NCBI GenBank assembly: GCA_963665095.1
Contig: OY762069.1
Location: forward strand, 5,440,001 to 5,504,000
Direction: 5' to 3'
From: an uncultured Desulfobacter sp.
GTDB taxonomy: Bacteria; Desulfobacterota; Desulfobacteria; Desulfobacterales; Desulfobacteraceae
DNA: 64,000 nucleotides
Part shown: piece by piece, positions 59,533 through 64,000 of the stretch
Numbering within the stretch: position 1 is the stretch's first letter
How the letters are laid out: every line of letters begins with the position of its first letter
The notes under the pieces: generated by a model
Seen by the model: only the letters and a program-made list of their open reading frames with translations
What the model was told of the DNA's origin: nothing
Databases searched by the model: none
Program-made: the position numbers and the translations under genes

Positions 59533-61029
59533 TCAGAACGGTCCGAACCGGATGGCCACGGCAATCATGAGAAAAACCATGGACATCAGGGCAATGCCTG
59601 CCTGCATTTTCCAGGTCCAGCGGATCCATTTGGGATAGGTCACCACGGTAAAACTTAAGCCGATGAGCAGCAGGGCATTGGTGGGGAATACCATGTTTGA
59701 AAATCCGTCCCCGAGATCAAAGGCAAACACGGCAGTTTGCCGGGTCAGGCCCACAAGATCAGCCAGGGGCGCAATAATGGGCATCACCAGAAACGCTTTG
59801 GCAGATGCGGAAGATATAAAAAAGTTCAGGGCCAGGGTTAACAGATAAATATAAAACGCCGCCTGGAAGGGGTTGGTTCCTTCTATGGTATTGGAGGCAT
59901 AATACAGAATCGTATCCATGACATGCCCCCGGGTCATGATATGGGGGACGCTCATGGCCATGAGGATCAGCAGGATGCCCGGCAGCATGGCACCGGCTCC
60001 GGAAGCCAGCACACCGGAAAGCTGCCGCCAGGAATACCCGGATATCCGTCCGGCCCCGGCCCCGCCAATAAGAAAAAGTATTGCCACTGTGGGAAAGGCC
60101 GCATCCGACGGAATGGCTGGAATCACCCCTGCCAGAATCATGAACACAATGGCCAGTCCCAGACAGGCCCCGAACCACACAGCCGCCTTAACCTTGGCAG
60201 GGTCATCCTCCTGTCCCCCTGCCAGTACTTTTTCAGGGCTGAACCGTTGCCGGATCCGGCAGTCGGCCTCATATACCGGCGAAAGCTCCGGCTGCCTTTC
60301 AATGCGCCGGGCATACCGGCTCACACTGAAGTAGCACAGCAGGTAAATGGCAATAAAGAAGATAATACGGAACCAGGCCCCGGAAAACATGGGTAGATCA
60401 GACAATTCCTGGGCCACGGCAATGGTGAAGGGATTGGTGACAGCTGCAGAAAAGCCAAAGGTCAATGCCAGCATGCTCATGCCAAGGCCGGTCAGGGAGT
60501 CCCATCCCAGAGCCAGGGAGAGCGGCACAATAATCACAATTAAAGGCACCAGGGCCTCATACACCCCCACAAAGGCGGCAAGAAACATCATAATAAAAAT
60601 GATGACGCCCAGAAGCCGGTACTTGTTGTCTTTAAACCGCTCCACAGTCCAGGCAAGAAGGGCCTGGAGCACCCCTCCCTTTTCAAGCACGGTAAATGAG
60701 CCGCCTAAAAAAATCATGAACAGGGACAAAACCAGAATCATGAGCCAGTTATCCCCCCAGATCACTTCCGCAGGGGCGGTAAACCACCGGAATACGGGGT
60801 ACGGATCCCCCTGAAGATAGGTAAAGGAGCCAGCTTTAACAGCCATGCGGCCGTCAACAAGGACTCGCTCGTAGGCTCCTGCCGGAATCCAACGGGTTAA
60901 TAACCCTGAAAAGACGATCAGCAGTAAAAGAATGCCAAAGGCAGTGAGAAACGGTTTAAGCCCAATTTTTAGCATGGATCCGTCATCGGTATTCTGTTGC
61001 GCAGTCCCAGGGGTAGCAGCCATATGCAA
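59533..61029 (-). CDS. YfcC/DcuC-like membrane transporter
   Basis: 'IPAGAYER', 'NPFTIAVAQ.LS.LP.FSG', 'MPIIAPLADL', 'GDGFSN...PT'. Confidence 0.85.
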   Translation of the reverse strand: MHMAATPGTAQQNTDDGSMLKIGLKPFLTAFGILLLLIVFSGLLTRWIPAGAYERVLVDGRMAVKAGSFTYLQGDPYPVFRWFTAPAEVIWGDNWLMILVLSLFMIFLGGSFTVLEKGGVLQALLAWTVERFKDNKYRLLGVIIFIMMFLAAFVGVYEALVPLIVIIVPLSLALGWDSLTGLGMSMLALTFGFSAAVTNPFTIAVAQELSDLPMFSGAWFRIIFFIAIYLLCYFSVSRYARRIERQPELSPVYEADCRIRQRFSPEKVLAGGQEDDPAKVKAAVWFGACLGLAIVFMILAGVIPAIPSDAAFPTVAILFLIGGAGAGRISGYSWRQLSGVLASGAGAMLPGILLILMAMSVPHIMTRGHVMDTILYYASNTIEGTNPFQAAFYIYLLTLALNFFISSASAKAFLVMPIIAPLADLVGLTRQTAVFAFDLGDGFSNMVFPTNALLLIGLSFTVVTYPKWIRWTWKMQAGIALMSMVFLMIAVAIRFGPF

Positions 61030-61038
61030 TCCTTTCCG

Positions 61039-62526
61039 TTACAGGTGACAAAACAGTTCTATGTAAAAATTCAGTCCTTTTTCAATATTCTCAACAGATA
61101 CCTTTTCGTTCACTCCGTGGATGCCTGCAACATCCTTTGATGTGAGTTCCAGAGGGCAGAATCTGAGAACCTGTCTGGTGAGATCTGCGTAATATTTTGA
61201 ATCCGTGGATCCGTTGACAAGATACGGTACCGCAATCACATGGGGATGGGTTATCGCCAGAACCCTGCGGATAAGATTGAAGGCAGGACCGTCCACATCC
61301 CCTGAGGGAATGGGGTCGTTAAACGGCCAGCTGTCTGAGGTTTCGACGCGCAGATCCAATCCTGTCAGGGTGCTGGTGTGGCGCCTGCGGACCGTTTCAA
61401 CTGTGTCACCGGGAAGAATTCTGTGATTGATTTTGCAGAGTGCCTCACTGGGCAGAATATTTTCCTGCTCGCCGGCCCTGAAAACAGTGACTGCCTGGGT
61501 GGTGCGTATCAGGCTGTCTGTGGCCCTGTTTTTTGAGAAAATATAGAGCATCAGGGGACGGGTCAGCCACAGATTGGCAAACAGCATTCCCAGGCTGAAC
61601 GGCACATGGGGTACAAAGCGTTCCAGCATACTGGTCATCACCGGGTCAAGGTGCGCGGGAAAGGGCTTTTTCTCCAAACGGACAATGCCCCGGGCCAGAT
61701 GACCGATGGCGGTTTTCCCTTTATCGGGCATGGAGGAGTGGCCGCTTTCTGCGGCAGCCGAAATGGTAAAAGTGACAAACCCTTTTTCCGCCATGCCCAC
61801 CAGTGCAGCTGCTTTCCCATTGAGAAAGGTCATCTGGTCCGTTGCAATGACGCCCCCCTCATCCAGAACAAATTCAAATTCCAGACCCTGATCCCGGAAC
61901 AGGGCAGCCATGACAGAGGCCCCTTCCACCCCTGCAATCTCCTCGTCGCCGCCAAATGCGAAAAAGATATCCTGTTCCGGCTGCCATCCCCGGGATAAAA
62001 GAAATTCTGCGGTTTCCATCTGAAACAACAGCTGGCATTTAACGTCCAGGGTGCCCCTTCCCCAGAGCACACCGTCCTTTACCACGCCTGCGAAAGGATC
62101 TTCCTGCCAGACTTCATCCCCCTTGTCTTCAGCAGGCACCACATCATAATGGGCCAGGAATAATACCGGCTTTTTCTTAGAATCTTTTCCCTTCCAGTGA
62201 TATATGATGCCAAAAGGACTGATTATACGGCGCGTAAGATGCTGATGCACCAGCGGATACATGGCCTCAAGGCCCGACTGAAATTTTTCAAATATCCGGA
62301 TATCCCGCTTGCTTTTATCTGTCCAGGAGACCGTGGGCATCTGAATCATCCGGGCAAACCGTTGTACCACGCCCGCCACATCCGGCTGCCCCGGGGCAGT
62401 CGCCTTTATCTCTGAATCGGCTGACTGCCCGTAGTACTGTTTCAGTCTGACATAACGAAACAGGCACCCAGAAAAAAGAATAAAGGTCACCAGGATTAAA
62501 CACCACACTGTCAGAACAACAGGCAT
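61039..62526 (-). CDS. M20-family peptidase (carboxypeptidase S/PM20D1-like)
   Basis: 'AHYDVVP', 'GRGTLDVK', 'GGDEE', 'DEGG', 'GHSSMP', 'IHGVNE'. Confidence 0.9.
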   Translation of the reverse strand: MPVVLTVWCLILVTFILFSGCLFRYVRLKQYYGQSADSEIKATAPGQPDVAGVVQRFARMIQMPTVSWTDKSKRDIRIFEKFQSGLEAMYPLVHQHLTRRIISPFGIIYHWKGKDSKKKPVLFLAHYDVVPAEDKGDEVWQEDPFAGVVKDGVLWGRGTLDVKCQLLFQMETAEFLLSRGWQPEQDIFFAFGGDEEIAGVEGASVMAALFRDQGLEFEFVLDEGGVIATDQMTFLNGKAAALVGMAEKGFVTFTISAAAESGHSSMPDKGKTAIGHLARGIVRLEKKPFPAHLDPVMTSMLERFVPHVPFSLGMLFANLWLTRPLMLYIFSKNRATDSLIRTTQAVTVFRAGEQENILPSEALCKINHRILPGDTVETVRRRHTSTLTGLDLRVETSDSWPFNDPIPSGDVDGPAFNLIRRVLAITHPHVIAVPYLVNGSTDSKYYADLTRQVLRFCPLELTSKDVAGIHGVNEKVSVENIEKGLNFYIELFCHL

Positions 62527-62698
62527 ACGCGTACCCCCCTTGGATATCTTTTAACGACAATAAAAAAGACAACAAACATCCGGACGTAAAGGTGAAAGCA
62601 TTGCCTGCGGTTTCCGGCAATGCCGGGGACAGAATCCCGTTTCAGCCTGCTTTGCTATAGGATATCCATGGCTGTTTTGTCAAGAACCGTGGAACTTG

Positions 62699-64000
62699 TC
62701 AGGGATTTATACGTCGTTCCAGGATATCGTACAGCAGGGACGTCACCAGCAGGGCGAATGCCGGGGGTGTTTTCTTTCCAGCCATTGTATTTTTTTTCCT
62801 GGCTGCCTTAAAAAATTCCACACACACACGATGCTGTTTGGCGGTCAGGAAACCCGATATTCCGGCCTTTTCACCTTTTTCAGGAACCGGTTCAGCCCCT
62901 GTTTCCAGAGGTTGACGCCGGCCATGGGCCCGCCGGCTCATGTGGGTATAATAGAGCAGGATCCGGTCCAGAAGCACATAGAGAAACTGAATATTTTCAT
63001 TGGGTCCCACCTGAATCCGGTCTCCCCCAAGCCCTGAAGATGCCTTTGCCAGGCGGCGGATACCCATGAAGGCAGATCCGGCCCCCACAGCAGATCCAAT
63101 GGCCGTAAATATACCGAATGTCAGGCCTGCCGCAGCCGTATCCAGCACAGCCCCCAGGGTGCCGCCCATGACAGCGCCCACCGTGGCGGCCTGGGCCCGG
63201 GTCAGCCCCAGCATCTCCCAGGTCTGTTCTGAAAAAAGATCATGGCTGAGGATGGAATATGCCGGCAGCGGATAATCATACAAATGATGGCGGAACAAAG
63301 AGCGGATCCTGCCAAAGGTGTCGCTCTCAATCCTGCGGATTTTTTCCTGGTACTCCCGGGTCAGGGTCTCTTTCAATGTCACAGGATCCATGTCTGCTTT
63401 TAATTTCCTGGACAAAGAAAACCCTAAAGCCTGTTCAATGCCATAGGTAATGTAGGCGCAGGCCATGCGGTTGCGTTTTTCCCATTCACTGGTAAAGGCC
63501 TGGATCACCCCTTCCATCAACGGTTCAATATCCTGATCAATGGCCTTAAGGCTTTCCAGGAGCCGGATCCGTTCATAAAAATCCGCCTGGTTGGAGTTAA
63601 ACACCCGGATGACGTTAAAAAATTTCCTGAACTCCTCTTTCCACATATCCGTGTAATCCCGGGCCTCGGTCTTGGCATTGATGACTGCCATCCGGGGCCG
63701 CCCGGTGAGCCGCAGGATCTCCATCTCAGCCAGATCATCCTCCCGGACCGGCCGGGATCCGTCCACCACATAGATGATGCCGGCCCCATTGGCCACCGGT
63801 GTCATCAGCTCACACTCATCCGCAAAAAATGGATCCTTTTCATGCTCGGCAATGAATCGTTTGATCATGTCCGGCCCGGCATTGTTCCGGAACCAGGCCA
63901 GGGTCTGCCTTGGCACCTGAAATCCCGGTGTATCCACAAACCGGATGATCTGTCGGTCGTCCATGGTAACGGTATAGGCTTTGGATACCCTGGTCTCCCC
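62699..64000 (-). CDS. GTPase / DUF3482-domain protein; N-terminus lies outside the window
   Basis: Frame is open to the window edge ('GETR...'); G3 'FVDTPG', 'E.EIL...GRP..AVIN', Gly-rich 'GAVLD..AAGLTFG', 'RAHG'. Confidence 0.75.
   Translation of the reverse strand, partial: GETRVSKAYTVTMDDRQIIRFVDTPGFQVPRQTLAWFRNNAGPDMIKRFIAEHEKDPFFADECELMTPVANGAGIIYVVDGSRPVREDDLAEMEILRLTGRPRMAVINAKTEARDYTDMWKEEFRKFFNVIRVFNSNQADFYERIRLLESLKAIDQDIEPLMEGVIQAFTSEWEKRNRMACAYITYGIEQALGFSLSRKLKADMDPVTLKETLTREYQEKIRRIESDTFGRIRSLFRHHLYDYPLPAYSILSHDLFSEQTWEMLGLTRAQAATVGAVMGGTLGAVLDTAAAGLTFGIFTAIGSAVGAGSAFMGIRRLAKASSGLGGDRIQVGPNENIQFLYVLLDRILLYYTHMSRRAHGRRQPLETGAEPVPEKGEKAGISGFLTAKQHRVCVEFFKAARKKNTMAGKKTPPAFALLVTSLLYDILERRINP

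Overview
Chromosomal window, probably from a sulfate-reducing Desulfobacterota/deltaproteobacterium; this is inferred from gene content and not verified. The left ~35 kb is mostly core: a periplasmic-binding-protein/histidine kinase/response regulator/MalT-BTAD signalling cluster, two redoxins, and a Tat-exported selenocysteine formate dehydrogenase (in-frame UGA plus SECIS hairpin) with fdhE. It continues with an FN3/beta-propeller lipoprotein, an NMT1-type ABC transporter, ftsEX-envC-ctpA-yibQ, tatD, MoxR/VWA, tatA, a sigma54-preceded glnD-glnB-glnA cluster and mltB. The right half has two tRNA integration hotspots. (1) tRNA-Glu(CTC) carries a ~4 kb integrase-less island (TOTE-type AEP primase-helicase-PLD protein plus RelE/ParE TA pair). 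It is followed by a decayed zeta-toxin pair, an ADP-ribosylglycohydrolase and a translationally coupled amidase + MamK-like actin operon with no magnetosome genes nearby. (2) tRNA-Sec (selC) carries a ~10.4 kb element bounded by att repeats. Removing a nested IS21(IS3) insertion leaves a ~5.5 kb mini-element: ssDNA hairpin region, CopG-like regulator, HUH rolling-circle Rep, tyrosine integrase (nonsense-inactivated), anti-phage dCTP deaminase and an unannotated 59-aa partner ORF. The best candidates for undescribed systems are this integrative rolling-circle defence element with its deaminase/small-protein pair, and the amidase-MamK-like operon.
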